From Callorhinchus milii (taxonomy: Eukaryota), in the NCBI RefSeq assembly GCF_018977255.1, contig NW_024704742.1, forward strand, positions 109,990,001 through 110,050,000: DNA of 60,000 bases, read 5' to 3'. The translations under genes and the position numbers were made by a program. Positions 13,540 to 25,293 of the stretch are shown here, piece by piece (the stretch's first letter is position 1; each line of letters starts with the position of its first letter). The notes beneath the pieces are model-generated. The model saw only the letters and a list, made by a program, of their open reading frames with translations. It was not told where the DNA came from and did not search any database.

Positions 13540-14330
13540 GATGAACCAATTATTAAACCCGAGATATTAGCCTGAAGGAACTGTTCAATTAGCCATCCCT
13601 CTGTCACTGAGGTCCATAAGGACAGAGATACTGGATCCTGCCACTGATGATGTTTGCATTTGATATCAGCAGTGGGCAGGTCATTTGAATTAGAGAATAA
13701 AACCATATCCAGTTCCTCAGGGAATACAGGCAGCTTCGGGAATAACATCTGTGTTCCACAATTCCTCATTACCAGGTTATAAGAGTTGAATGCAAGATAT
13801 CAAGGACCAGCTCACCAGAGACATTTTTGTCATGGAACCCAGTTCAAGGAAAGCCATGCCAACTTGTGCTGATGAAATCAAAAGCTGAATAAACTTAAAG
13901 AAGTATTGAAATGTCCTTGTAGTTAGACACTATCACAGTGGTGAAACGCATCATTGAGTAGGAAAGGTTAAACTCCCTGACCTTTTGCAAGCATTCTCTC
14001 AAGCACCAGTACGGACAGCACAAAATGCCTCTAGCAGCCAAGTGCTCAGAACACTTTGAGAGACCAGTTCAGTCTAACAATGTTCAGAAGTTGATTCTGC
14101 ATTGGGAGGTTAACACTATGATTCTTGTGCAAGTGAAAACACAATTGAAAACCTTATGCTTGAGGCGCAGAGACCACAGATTCACTCCCATGATTACTCA
14201 GCAGAGCCTATATTCTTCTGCACAGAGAGCATGAAGGAATCAAAGAGCCAGGCACCACATGCTGCTCTTAAATAACTCAATAGAGCAACTTTTGTAGAGG
14301 CCTGGGAGCAACTACAAGCATTATAGCATA
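13540..14330 (+). mobile_element. Second, more degraded Harbinger transposase remnant (interrupted)
   Basis: Ordered motif traces: AIPLSL, TGSCH, DVC..DIS, H..IRE, HIQF, LNARYQGPAH, FTPM, HAA...IEQL. Confidence 0.4.
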
Positions 14331-15369
14331 GGGGATTTTTAAAGCAAAAGGATGGGAGTGCTATGTTTAGTGGAGGTTGTGAACAAAGAATTTTATCTAT
14401 TCAGCAAAGTACTTGTGTAATAGAGGTGATCTGGGTTTCTGTCCTTTGCCCAGGTATTTCACCTGCACACAAACAGCATCAAATCCACAAAAATGGGAAT
14501 ATTGACACCAATATTAAATGTACTGGCCATTGGATTCAGCTCTCAAAGGATGTCTTCTGTCTGCAAATACTCAGTAGGAGATCTGTTCAAAATAAAAACT
14601 AGCTAAACGACACAATGTGAAAACGTATATGAAATAATAAAAAGAACTTCCCATCACCTCCAAAGCCTTTTTTCCCTGGGACTTCCAAGATTAAATCTCT
14701 TTGTTTAATATTATGCAGTACCAAGACATAATTTCTGTTCCAACATAATCTCTTTAAATGTGGAGGCTGGCATCAAACAAACTTCCTCATTCATTCAGCT
14801 GTATTGGTTCTGTCAAATATTGGACCTTCGTAGTACTCCCTATATATGTTTGCCTGTGCCATGATTTAGCCTACTCTGTCCCCTCATCATCAGTAACAAT
14901 TGTATATACCATATATTGTGAATGTATGCAGTGGTATACAATTTTGCACCAGTTATAGACAATATAATATCCCTGATACAGATCTAAACATGTGCTGCTT
15001 TGAAGTGCCATCTGACCTCAGCAATAGCATTCCAGGACAATCCCGTCTCTGAATCTTGGGCAAGTTTCTAGATCTAACCGCTTGAGTAATTCCCAGTGAC
15101 ACTTGGACTTTAATTTGAGTTTCAAAGTGTCCATCACAAATCTTCATGTGCAAATCCATTCAACTGAAGAAAGGGAGTACTTCAAGTAAAAGAGTAAATC
15201 TTAGGCTAAGACCAGCATCCAGCTTGCTTTGGTGAGGAAACACCTTCATCAAATCTATGATAAAAAGGATAGAGCTAGTCTGGTTTATTTGTAGAAATCC
15301 CATAAGCAATGTTAAGCACCTGAGCAATGTCCAACTTCTGTTTGAGAATTTGCTCCTTGTAGACAAGCA

Positions 15370-15740
15370 AAATTGTAATTGATTGGAATGAAGCTGCAGA
15401 ATGTTTGGGTGTTTTTATCACTGTAGATTACCTTTGTGGAGATGATGCTTTGTATGCTAATAACTTTAGTGTAATTTGGCAAGGTTGCTTGTATCCCAAT
15501 ATAAACCCACCTAATTATTGATATTACAATTTAAGAGAAGCCTATTAAGCCTACGCTGGTCTAGCTCCTCTACTGAAGTTAATTATTGTAATGCCAATTT
15601 CCTGTTTTCTCTGCATACATCGTCAAATTGTGCTAAACGTAGATCAATAAGATGAGTTTACAGTCCCTTCTGATAAAGCCATTGTATTTTATTTATCAAG
15701 GTGACAGTGATTAATTTATATTAATCTTTGCTTCTAACTG
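15370..15740. promoter_or_regulatory. Candidate conserved non-coding enhancer with PBX-HOX/MEIS motif cluster
   Basis: Repeat-free and TAAT-rich. ATTTATCA (15691), TGACAG (15702) and TGATTAAT (15708) lie within 25 bp. Confidence 0.45.
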
Positions 15741-15932
15741 AAAGGGCAGAACATTTCTTTTGAAATTAACCTGAATTTACAATTTCAAAAAAATGTTATG
15801 AGCGTAATCCTCTAACTAACACAATGATCATATGGTGCTTACAACAGGAGGTTTTTGAAGTATCTCTTAGATTCTGAATAACTGTGTGCTATTGAATTGG
15901 ATATGCTGCTTTGGTGAGCCCAAATTGCTATA

Positions 15933-16572
15933 TTAATAAAACACAAAATACTGCAGATGCTGGAGGACATTTTCAACGTGCATCACAGGTTTTGCTGTAG
16001 AGTATAGTGACTGTACATTGCTCACAATATGGTCTCCTCTACATTGGGGAGCAAGCATAACCCTGATCTTCCAGTTTCTTGCCACTTTAACTCTCCTGCT
16101 CACTTGCACTCTGACCTCTCCATCCATGGTCTCCTACATGTTCCAGTGAACCACAGCGCAAGCTCGAGGAACAGCACCTCATTTATCTGCTAGGGACCTT
16201 ACAGCCCTCTGGCCTCAATATTGATTTCAATAATTTCAGACCATAACAACTCACCTTCCCCCTCCCCCTCTTCTGTGACCATTACCACATCGTCTGGGTC
16301 CCAGACACACCATTTCTCTCTCTGGTCTGCCTGTTTTGTTGCAATACTCCCCCACCCCCCCCACCGTTTTGCATTATTAACACCTCTTTTCCCCTCTACC
16401 CTTCTGTCCTCTACTCCATTTTCTCCTTTGTCTTCCTTACCCTGTTAGTCCTTAAAAGCCTCTCCCTCCCAACGTGCCCCAGTTCTGTCAAAGGGTCGTG
16501 GACCCGAAACATTGACTCATTTTCCTTTTTCCTGATCTGCTGAGTGTTCCCAGCGACTTCTATTTTTGTTTG
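15933..16572 (+). mobile_element. Penelope-like retroelement remnant (GIY-YIG endonuclease C-terminus plus terminal repeat)
   Basis: GLLYIGE..PDLPVSCHFNSPAH.HSDLSIHGLL..SSEPQRKLEEQHLIYLLGTLQPSGLNIDFNNFR across frameshifts. 3' end ttctgtcaaagggtcgtggacccgaaac...ctgctgagtgttcccagc. Short inverted terminal fragment at the 5' end (aaacacaaaatactgcagatgctgg). Confidence 0.8.
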
Positions 16573-16656
16573 CTAAATTGATATCTGCTCTTTGGAGATT
16601 TAGTTGAAGTGCTGAAACTGTTATACTGCAATAATTAACCACACTATGTATTGTAT

Positions 16657-17312
16657 TAGGAATATAGAAACACGAGGAGGCCATTCAGCCCTTTGAGCCT
16701 GTTCCACCATTTAATTAGATCATGGCTGATCTGTACCTCAACTAAACCTTCAATTCCAATTTCCCGCTTTATCACCATATTGCTTAATACCCTGACCTAC
16801 TAAAAATCTATCAACCTCACTCTTAAAAGTGTGAATGGATCCAGTATCCATTGGCTTTTGGGGGAGAGAATTCCAGATTTCTACCACCCTTTGAGTGAAA
16901 AAATGTTTCCTGATTTCACTTTTAAATGGCCTGGTTCTAATTTTAAGACTATGCCCCTTGTATTGGATTCCCCCACCAGAGGAAATAGCTTCTCTGTATC
17001 TACCCTATCAAATCCCTTTATCATCTTAAATACCTCAATCGAATCACCCCTCAACCTTCTAAACTCAAGAGAATACTAAAGTTTATACAGACTTTCCTTG
17101 TAACTTAACCCTTTTAGGCCTGGTAACATTCTGGTGAACCTGCGCTGCACCCCCTCCAGGGCCAATATGTCTTTCCTGAGGTGTGGTGCCCAAAACTGAA
17201 CGCAGTACTGCACATGGGGTCTGACTAATGCTCTATACAGCTGAAGCATCATTTCTTCCCCTTTGCATTCCTTGCCCCTTGAGATAAAGACCAACATTCC
17301 ATTCGCCTTTTT
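16657..17312 (-). mobile_element. CR1 LINE 3' portion
   Basis: ORF 17076-17297 FISRGKECKGEEMMLQLYRALVRPHVQYCVQFWAPHLRKDILALEGVQRRFTRMLPGLKGLSY is the typical CR1 ORF2 C-terminus. Tail complement ggccattcagccc. Confidence 0.92.
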
Positions 17313-17667
17313 GCAGATCTAATATTTTAAACATTTTTGAAGGTTAAAGCATTTTAAAAGTGGTTTTGCAAGAAAATAGGTAGGTCAATGTCAAAATGTT
17401 GGCGATTATCTTTCGAGTCACATGTTTATTGTTGGAAGAGATGTGGCCTCAGGCTATGATAAGTGTTTCTCCCTTCCTGTAACCTGTACTCATGTGTAAA
17501 TTGAAAAATATGACTCACAATTACAATCTCTAGCCTGTAAAATCACACAAACAGTTCATTTTTCTGAAATTGCTTTCATTTTGATGATCAAAATGCAGAT
17601 TAACCAGGATCAGAAGGTGACTGTTTGGCATTTGTTAGTGAAATTATGAAAAATGTACAACAATAGT

Positions 17668-18045
17668 CCTTTTCATATTGCGCCTTTCAAGTCTGGAGGA
17701 CATCTCAACGCGCTTTACAGGTTTTGCTGTAGAGCGTAGTAACTGTACATTTTGTAGACAAATGTGGCAGCCAATTTGCACTTATCCATAAAATGAATGA
17801 CCATATTATAAATTGTTTTGGGGGGATTGTTGGCCAGGCCATTGGAAGAAAGTCCCTTCTCTTTTTGACTAGTTCCTTGGATCTTTAACTTCCACCTGAA
17901 CAGGCATCCGAAGGATGACACCTCTAACAATATATGGCACACCTCCAGCACTGCACTGGAACGTCATCCCAGACTATATGAGCTCAAGTCCTGATGTGGT
18001 CCTTCTGACTCAGAGGCGAGAGCTCTTCCTACTGAGCTTGGCTGC
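17668..18045 (-). mobile_element. Deu-domain SINE
   Basis: Reverse complement of the family at 4410: ctgactcagaggcgagag head; ctccagcactgcactgga; catccgaaggatgacacctc; L2-like tail gcgcctttca. Confidence 0.75.
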
Positions 18046-18259
18046 CGTCTGGCTTCATTGGAAGCATTGATTTCCCTGATTATCTTTCGAATCACATGTT
18101 TATTGTTGAAAAATGTACATCAAACATTTTAAGTAAAACTGCTTTTATTATGTGAATTGAATACAAAGACAATATTAGTACTGTATATTAACCATTGTCA
18201 TTTCCATAAAAGTCACAATCAAAATAAGTAACAAAATCATGTTTACAAGAACTAGTAGT

Positions 18260-18660
18260 AAGAACATATGTAACATAAGAGTAGGTAATTCAACCTGTGA
18301 GGGTTCTTCACCTTAAAGTCGAGGACAATTCATTAAATCTATTTCCCCGACTTTTTCTCATATCCTTTAGTATCTTTACTTACCAAGTATCTATTGATCT
18401 CTCTCATGCACTTTGTATTTATGGCCTTCACAGAGACTCTCAAAACCCTTTGTGTAACTGTTTTTGTTTGTATAGCCCTTTCACTGCTTTGCTCTAATTT
18501 TACAGTTACAGTGTGTCCTAGATTCTTCCAACTAGAGAGACATGTCAGACCCGATATACTTTGGCTGTAGTCTTCATTATTTTGAACATCTCAGTCAGAT
18601 TCCCTCAACCTGCTGAACAATGAAATATATACCAAGTTACTCAGTCTTTCATCATAGTTT
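18260..18660 (-). mobile_element. Highly degraded CR1 fragment
   Basis: aacataagagtagg..attcaacc and cttcattattttgaacatctcagtcagattccctcaacct parallel the 16657 copy. Confidence 0.5.
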
Positions 18661-18737
18661 CTAATGGAAGAATTTTATTTCATCTGGGCTTCTTTGTGGT
18701 TCAGTATTGTTGCTTTGATGTTGATTCAACAAAAAAA

Positions 18738-18865
18738 AATCATCCTTACATTTGATTCAGCACCTTTCATGTCAGGAGGGCATCTCAAAGCATTTACAGA
18801 ATTCACTGTAAATTGAAGGGGCTGTGTTTTATAGGTGAACACAACAGTCAACCTGCACACAGTGA
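18738..18865 (-). mobile_element. SINE 3' tail fragment
   Basis: atccttacatttgattcagcacctttcatgtc...catctcaaagcatttacaga. Confidence 0.55.
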
Positions 18866-20121
18866 CAACATACCCCAAAAATCAAAATATGTTTATTTAT
18901 TAAAATAACATCTGAATGGGATTTAAAATTAAATAATTTTGTTTACTTGGGTACACCTGGCATGTTCCAGACCTGTTGGGAGACGTTATGTATCTGCAAT
19001 TCTACCCCGTTGTTCATGAGTTGATGTATTTGAAGATGCCTATACGATAGTTTGCAGAACAATTCACTACAGTTTTGAGTAGGCTGAAGAATCATTGATT
19101 GCATTGCCCTACAGAAAAAAAGCACAGAGCTTCAAATTGGATATAAATTATAAATAACTGGACTGAAATATGTAAGTTTCAGACTGATCATTCTTCTAAT
19201 ACAGGCAGAGGAAAAAGATGTTAGTGCAGGGCTTGTTAATGGATGATTATAGGTTGATGAAGTTGACTGAAGGCGTTGACTACTAGTGTCCAGAAAATCC
19301 TAAACGATTGGGCTGATTCACCATCTTTTTTTCAGTTTTGTTCATTAATACGGGCTAGTAGTAGGTCAGTCTAATAAACAGGGGGTCAACACATGCACCT
19401 TCAGTGTATAGACATTTGTAGAACAATAAAGTCATAAGAAAATGTAACCCTGTGGCTGGATGACTTGAAACAGGAGGAAAATACAGAAAGTAATGGTTTA
19501 TTTCCGTGTCTACTGAGCCCCACAAAAAAAGCTTTGTCCAGAGTTGCCTTTCGAAAAAAGAATGATTAAAGGGCTACAATCTATGCTTTTAGTATAGTTT
19601 TAAAAGTAAAAATGGATCTGTTTTTGCATTATAATAAAGCAATGTTTTCCCTGATTATAAGTAAACTGTATTAGCAAATGCCTTTTTTGATATTAGGAGA
19701 TTTCTGTTCTTTAAGTTAGGAGAAATTAATAAAATATAATTTTACGATGTTGCAGATCACATTTTTAAATAAGCATAACCATTAAATAGTGAACTGTTTG
19801 TCAACTTCATATCCACAATTATAGGTGGCGGATGAAAATATTCTTAGTCCTCCCGACATGAAAGGTGCTATATAGATGTAATTTTGCTGTTGTTGTTGTT
19901 AGGGAGGAGGCTGAGCAAAAGGGTCCGTCCTCTTTAAGCCGTTGGCTTGATTGACAGGTCAGTCGGCTAATCAAAGCAGCCCGTTGAACCAGAAGTTGGC
20001 AGGTGCCAACAACAAGTTGGGAGAGGGTCAAGAGGTAGCCCACGGGTGTTCAGAGGACTGACTGTGGTCTTCCTTAAGGTTCAGGGTTTCCTCTCCCAGC
20101 TTCCCTTAAAGTAAGCTGTAG

Positions 20122-20235
20122 ATAATAATGATCCTTGCATTTGATATAGTGCCTTATCACGTTGTTGAGATGTCTTAAAGCGCTTCACAGAATATATTGT
20201 ATAGTGAATTGACTACTTTGTGGCGAAATGCGATT
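20122..20235 (-). mobile_element. SINE 3' tail fragment
   Basis: ataataatgatccttgcatttgatatagtgccttatcacg...gtcttaaagcgcttcacag is the reverse complement of the 21930-21998 tail. Confidence 0.7.
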
Positions 20236-20392
20236 GGCGGGATAGATAGATTAAATAGATTGGAGGGCAGCGCCATGTCCCCTCTATCCCTAACCACCTC
20301 CCGCCTATTTTCACAATCTGGCTTTCACAAATTATGCACTGTTTATTGTCATATTCTGGTGACTTCTGTTAAATTTACCAAGTGACATTATC

Positions 20393-21352
20393 AACAACAA
20401 CACCAACAACAAAATTACATTTGTAAAGCGCCTTTCACGTCGGGAGGGCATCCGAAGGCACTGGTCAGACAGAGTTTCGGACCCAAGCTGGGGGTAGGGG
20501 TGGGGGAGGGTAGAAGGCAGGGGGGAAGCAGGGAGTTCGAAAGTATGGTCGAAGAGGAGGATCTTGAAATGGGTCTTGAAGGTGGCAAGGGAGGGGGCGA
20601 GGCAGAGGGACTGCGGGATGGAGTTCCAGAGGGTGGGGGCAGAGTAGCAAAAGGCCTGCCCGCCAGTAGTGGGGTGAGCAAGGCGGGGGATGTGAAGCAG
20701 CCCAGAGCCCACTGAGCAGAAGGAGCAAGCAGGATGGTAGGGGATTAGGAGGTTGCAGACGTAGGGGGGAGCAAGACCATGGAGGCTTTTGAAGGTGAGG
20801 ACCAGGACCTTGAACTGTATCCTCTGTGTGAAAGGAAGGCAGTGGAGTTGGGCGAGTAGGAGTGATAGGGTCACGGAGCCTAGTGCGGGAGAGGACGTGG
20901 GCTGCAGAGTTCTGGATGATCTGCAGCCTATGGAGGGAGGAGTTGGGGAAGCTGACAAGCAATGAGTTTGCATAGTCGAGCCTCGATGTAATGAAAGCAT
21001 GTATGAGAGTTTCGGCGGCCTGCAGTGTGAGACAGTGGTGGAGCCGAGCGATGTTGCTGAGGTGGGGGAAGGCAGAGCAGGTCATGGCGCAGATGTGGAG
21101 TAGAAAGGATAGTTGAGGAACAAGACACCAAGTTTCTGGACTGGCTTAGTAAGGTGGAATGGGCAACCATGGATGGCGATGTTGTCAGCGCCTGAGGTGA
21201 GGAGGTGCTGATGGGAGCCAATCAGGAGAGGTTCGATCTTATTGACGTTCAACTGAAGAAAATTAGCTCTCATCCAGGACTTGATGTCCAACAGACACTG
21301 CTGTCAGGACAACAGTGGTCCTGGAGTCAAGGGTGGAGGCAGAGAGATAGAC
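20393..21352 (-). mobile_element. L2-clade LINE, 5'-truncated
   Basis: DIKSWMRANFLQLNVNKIEPLLIG; AFPHLSNIARL...LIHAFITSRLDYANSLL...LQIIQNSAAHVL; LHCLPFTQRIQFKVLVLTFKSLHGLAPPY; (TTG)n tail. Confidence 0.93.
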
Positions 21353-21626
21353 ATTATTAAACATTATTAGAAAATAATAAAATCCTGTTACATTGCAGAG
21401 GGTTTTCGACAGACGGTAATGCTTTCAGGTTTTAGTGATTAACCTTTCAACAGCTTCAGCGTCCTTTTTGTATTGTAAAGACTAACAAGATTACATCATG
21501 CAAATGTATTCAGCGAATATAGGATATAAAGAGATGTTCTGTGACTTGTAAGCATGTCTCCTATAATACTGTAAATAGCCAGCATGAGCAATGTATAGAT
21601 GATCAATTCATGATCATTTTATACTA

Positions 21627-21998
21627 AGTCCTGTAGCGTAGTGAGTAGAGCACTTGCTTCGGAAAAGAGAGGACCTGGGTTCAATTCCCGGTCAGGTCAG
21701 GGCTAAACCTTAGGCAAGTTTCCTTACTCTACACACACGCACGCCTCTGTCTACCTAGCAGTAAGTAGGAAGCCGCTTGTTAGTCGATTGGCGGATCTCT
21801 TTTCCGGGGGTAATAATCCCTTCAACAAAAAATTATCACTCAATCCACAACTGTATTTGGGACACTGCTTTGTGCAATTGGCTGCCGAGTTACATCCACA
21901 AAATATACAGTCAATTCACTTTACAGTATATCCTGTGAAGCGCTTTAAGACGTCTCAAAGATGTGATAAGGCGTTATATCAAATGCAGGGATTATTAT
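21627..21998 (+). mobile_element. Near full-length tRNA-derived SINE with L2-type tail
   Basis: A box tagcgtagtgag (21634) and B box ggttcaattcc (21678). Body ccttaggcaagtttccttactc. Tail gtgaagcgcttt...gataaggcgttatatcaaatgcagggattatt. Confidence 0.88.
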
Positions 21999-22719
21999 AC
22001 AATTAAATAATTTACTTTAGGATGTGTAGCATCAAAGACAATTGGTTATTATTGTTATTGCATTGTAACACGTATAAGCAATATACTTTCTGTCGGAAAT
22101 TATACAAAGTATAAAGTATAATTTGGATTTGTCAGCTTTAATTTTGAGTGTATTTTACAAAAGGTACAAAATCCTTCATACTTATTGTCAAACTGTGTTA
22201 AATGAAAGGAAAATTATATAGAGAATAATAGATAACTAAGAGTGATTACAAGTCATTATTTTAATATTGAATTGAAATAAGATCATAAACTGCAAGAAAA
22301 GCATGAAACTTTTTGAATGCAGAATTAGATTACTGGCTTCAAAATCACTCCCAGATGTTTTAAATTTGATATATTCATTCTATATGATTTTTCAGCTTTT
22401 GGTCCAGTTTTACATTGCCTTTATGCTTGTTGCTGACTGGTTCTGCATTGTTCATTCTGAAAGATTAAGAAGAATATAGGAATCTTCAGGATTGGCAAGG
22501 TCCATTGTAATCCATGTGGCCCCCTCAATTTCTTTGCCAAATTGATATCTTATTTCTCTTAAAATGATGGTTTAATGATAGTTATATACTTCTGCAAACT
22601 TATTGAACAAACCCTAATCTAGATTTTATAATTAGGGCTATAGAATAAAACACCAAAGGGGTGATGAATAAATCGTTAGGTAGACTGCATTTTGCCCAGT
22701 TAGGGGTTATCAAATTTTA

Positions 22720-22868
22720 GGGAGGATATCAGGGCCATAAAGAGGAGATTTACTCAGATGATGCCAGGGATGAGTGGTTTGACCTATGAACGGAGATTGG
22801 AGGAATTGCATCTATTTTCACAGAGAAGATGAGGGAGTTCTGACAGAGGTCTTTAAAATTATGAGGCA
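22720..22868 (+). mobile_element. CR1 ORF2 fragment
   Basis: RRFTQMMPGMSGLTYERRLEELHLFS...LTEVFKIM-like reading. Confidence 0.65.
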
Positions 22869-24994
22869 GTCTTTGAGTTTTTCACTTGGGGGTTGAATAT
22901 GTGTCTGATTTGTTTCACAGAACAAATTATTGGCTAAACCTAGATTTGTGCACTAATCCCACAAACTGAGCTTCATAACACTGTCTTGTCATTTGTCCAG
23001 CAGGCAATGTAGTGGTTGTATGCAATAGGCAAATGTATTTACTGCCACTAATCTTCAAGTTTACTGCTGCAAGCGACTTTAAATCGTATTTCATCGCTTT
23101 CAACGGGAAAGCGATTTGGAGCAGAAAATAGTATTTATATTTCACACTCCAAAATTCCTCATTGGGGCTGTGGAGAGCTTTTTGCAGCTCAGAGAAGCCC
23201 ATACAAAGAGTTTCATGTGATTTAGCCTTTTCATATTAATACAAGACCTGGAGTGTTACTGGCTCTTTAAAATATTGAAGACATAACTTTTCAAGGGCTA
23301 TTTTAAATCAATTCACACGGACTGCACCAACTATACTGAAGCAATGTGAATTGTCACCAAGAAAACAACTTGCATTGCAGAGTGCATATGAAGTAGCTTT
23401 AACATGCGGTCTCCAACATAATTCACTTCCAGAAGGTGAACTGGAAACTTGATTTATACTACATTTTTAAACATCAATTTGGCCCCATTTTCACATCAAA
23501 AGTGCAGTATAAATAGGGCATAAGTGACAGTCGTGCTGCCTTTTACCATGGCAGACCTTGAGTTTGGTGCTTAGTTCAGCATCTGTTCATGAGAACTGAC
23601 CCAGATCACATGGCTAAGGCCCAGTTTTGTTCTGTCTCATTTGATTATACCGTGTGTATTGTCACTAACCAAGCTGGGCATGTCAATCACCACTGCAGCT
23701 TACAGATAGTTGACCTTCAGCTTGTGGGCTGTATTATATGCCAAACAGCTGAGTTGAGTGAGAAAGGTGTTTAAAGGACCTAGAAGAGTTAATATATGAA
23801 TGGGGAGATTTACAAAACGATCGCAAAAACACTTAGTCTTGGTCCTAAGTAGCCATTGTGCTGATATGAATCTCAATTTTACCAGTTAGATGCCAGGATT
23901 TTATGACAACCGGTCATCCTTTAAAGAAGTGAGGCTGTTCAATTATTAAAATCAGTATTGTCACAGTTTGACAGTTCAGTGGTTGAAGACTGCAGGAGCA
24001 TCATTTAAAAAAAAATGTTTTGAGATTCAACCACGCTGCTGAACACAACCAAGGCTGCCATTTTGTAAGCAGTGCTACAGAAGCCATCTTATTGAGATGC
24101 TGCTATTTCCTGCCACCAGCATCTTGAATATAAACTTTACAGACAGAAAAATCAGTGCACATATATCATCATTAGGTAAGCTACTAATCTGATGTCTGAT
24201 ATTTACTAGAGCCTCCACATGTTAAGATGCACTATTATTTTCTAAAATAAGAATGATTGTTGTTTTAAGACCAATGTTCATTTTGTTGTATTGCTGGTGC
24301 AGCTGCAAGTTTAAAATAAAAATCATCTTAATTTCTAATGTGGCAGGAGTAGCCTCCAATATACAACTTAATGCACAGACTTTTTTTAAATCATCCTTAT
24401 AAACGCACAACTTGCTTGCCAATAAATGTTCTGCTTGGATCACAATCATGCTTGGATCAGGATTTCTGTAAACCGCAGATAAAAATAGCCAATTTGCTAA
24501 TCTTTGTTCCACAGCCCATTAAATCATTCATTCATTCAGCAATTCACCATAAACAAAACAGAAAATAGTTTACAAAAACCTTTGTTTTCCACAAAAGTGA
24601 TTAGACTTTGAAAATATTCTTTACACTCGGTCTAGGTGAAACTTGGCATTGGATAGACTTGGATTTATGTGCAGAGCATTAAAACCAGACAACTGGATGA
24701 CATTTTTTGCTTGGATGATATGGATGCTATATCTCAGTTATTCCTGAATCAGGAATTCTGTACACTAGATGAATGTGGTGTAGTACTTGGCATTGTGTTT
24801 TGTTGGAGTGCTGCTTGGATGAGGAATTTGTGTATCTTCCAATTTGATGGTATCAAAAACGACTCTGCTCATTTTTCGATTACCACGTGGTTGTAACCCT
24901 ACAGCACTGTAGGAGAGTTTACTCGCCTGTCATTTTTCAGAATCTAGGATACTGGGGTCTAGATTCTGAAAATTTGCTGGAATATTATATTTAA

Positions 24995-25293
24995 AAAATC
25001 CTTGCATTTGATGTAGCGTTTTTCACGTATTCTAGATGTCTCAAAGCGCTTCATAGAATCTACTGTAAAGTGAATTTACTATATATTTGTGGACAAAACA
25101 CGGCAGCCAGTGTCCCACAAAGAGTCGTGAATTGAAATGAACAATTTATTATTTTTTTGTTTTGTCTTTTCTTGAGGGATTATTATCAGGCATGTCGAGT
25201 AAGGAAACTTGCCCAAGGTTTTGCCCTGCTGGGAATCTAACCCAGGTCTCTCGCTTGCGAGGCGTGTGCTCAACCATTGAGCAACAGAACTCC
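24995..25293 (-). mobile_element. tRNA-derived SINE of the same family as 21627
   Basis: Reverse complement: gttctgttgctcaatggttgagcac...cctgggttagattccc...ccttgggcaagtttccttactc...aagcgctttgagacatc...atcaaatgcaaggatt. Confidence 0.85.

Noticed and set aside
21627..21700. tRNA-like sequence
   Set aside because: It is the head of a SINE, continuing into a SINE body and LINE-type tail; no proper acceptor stem.
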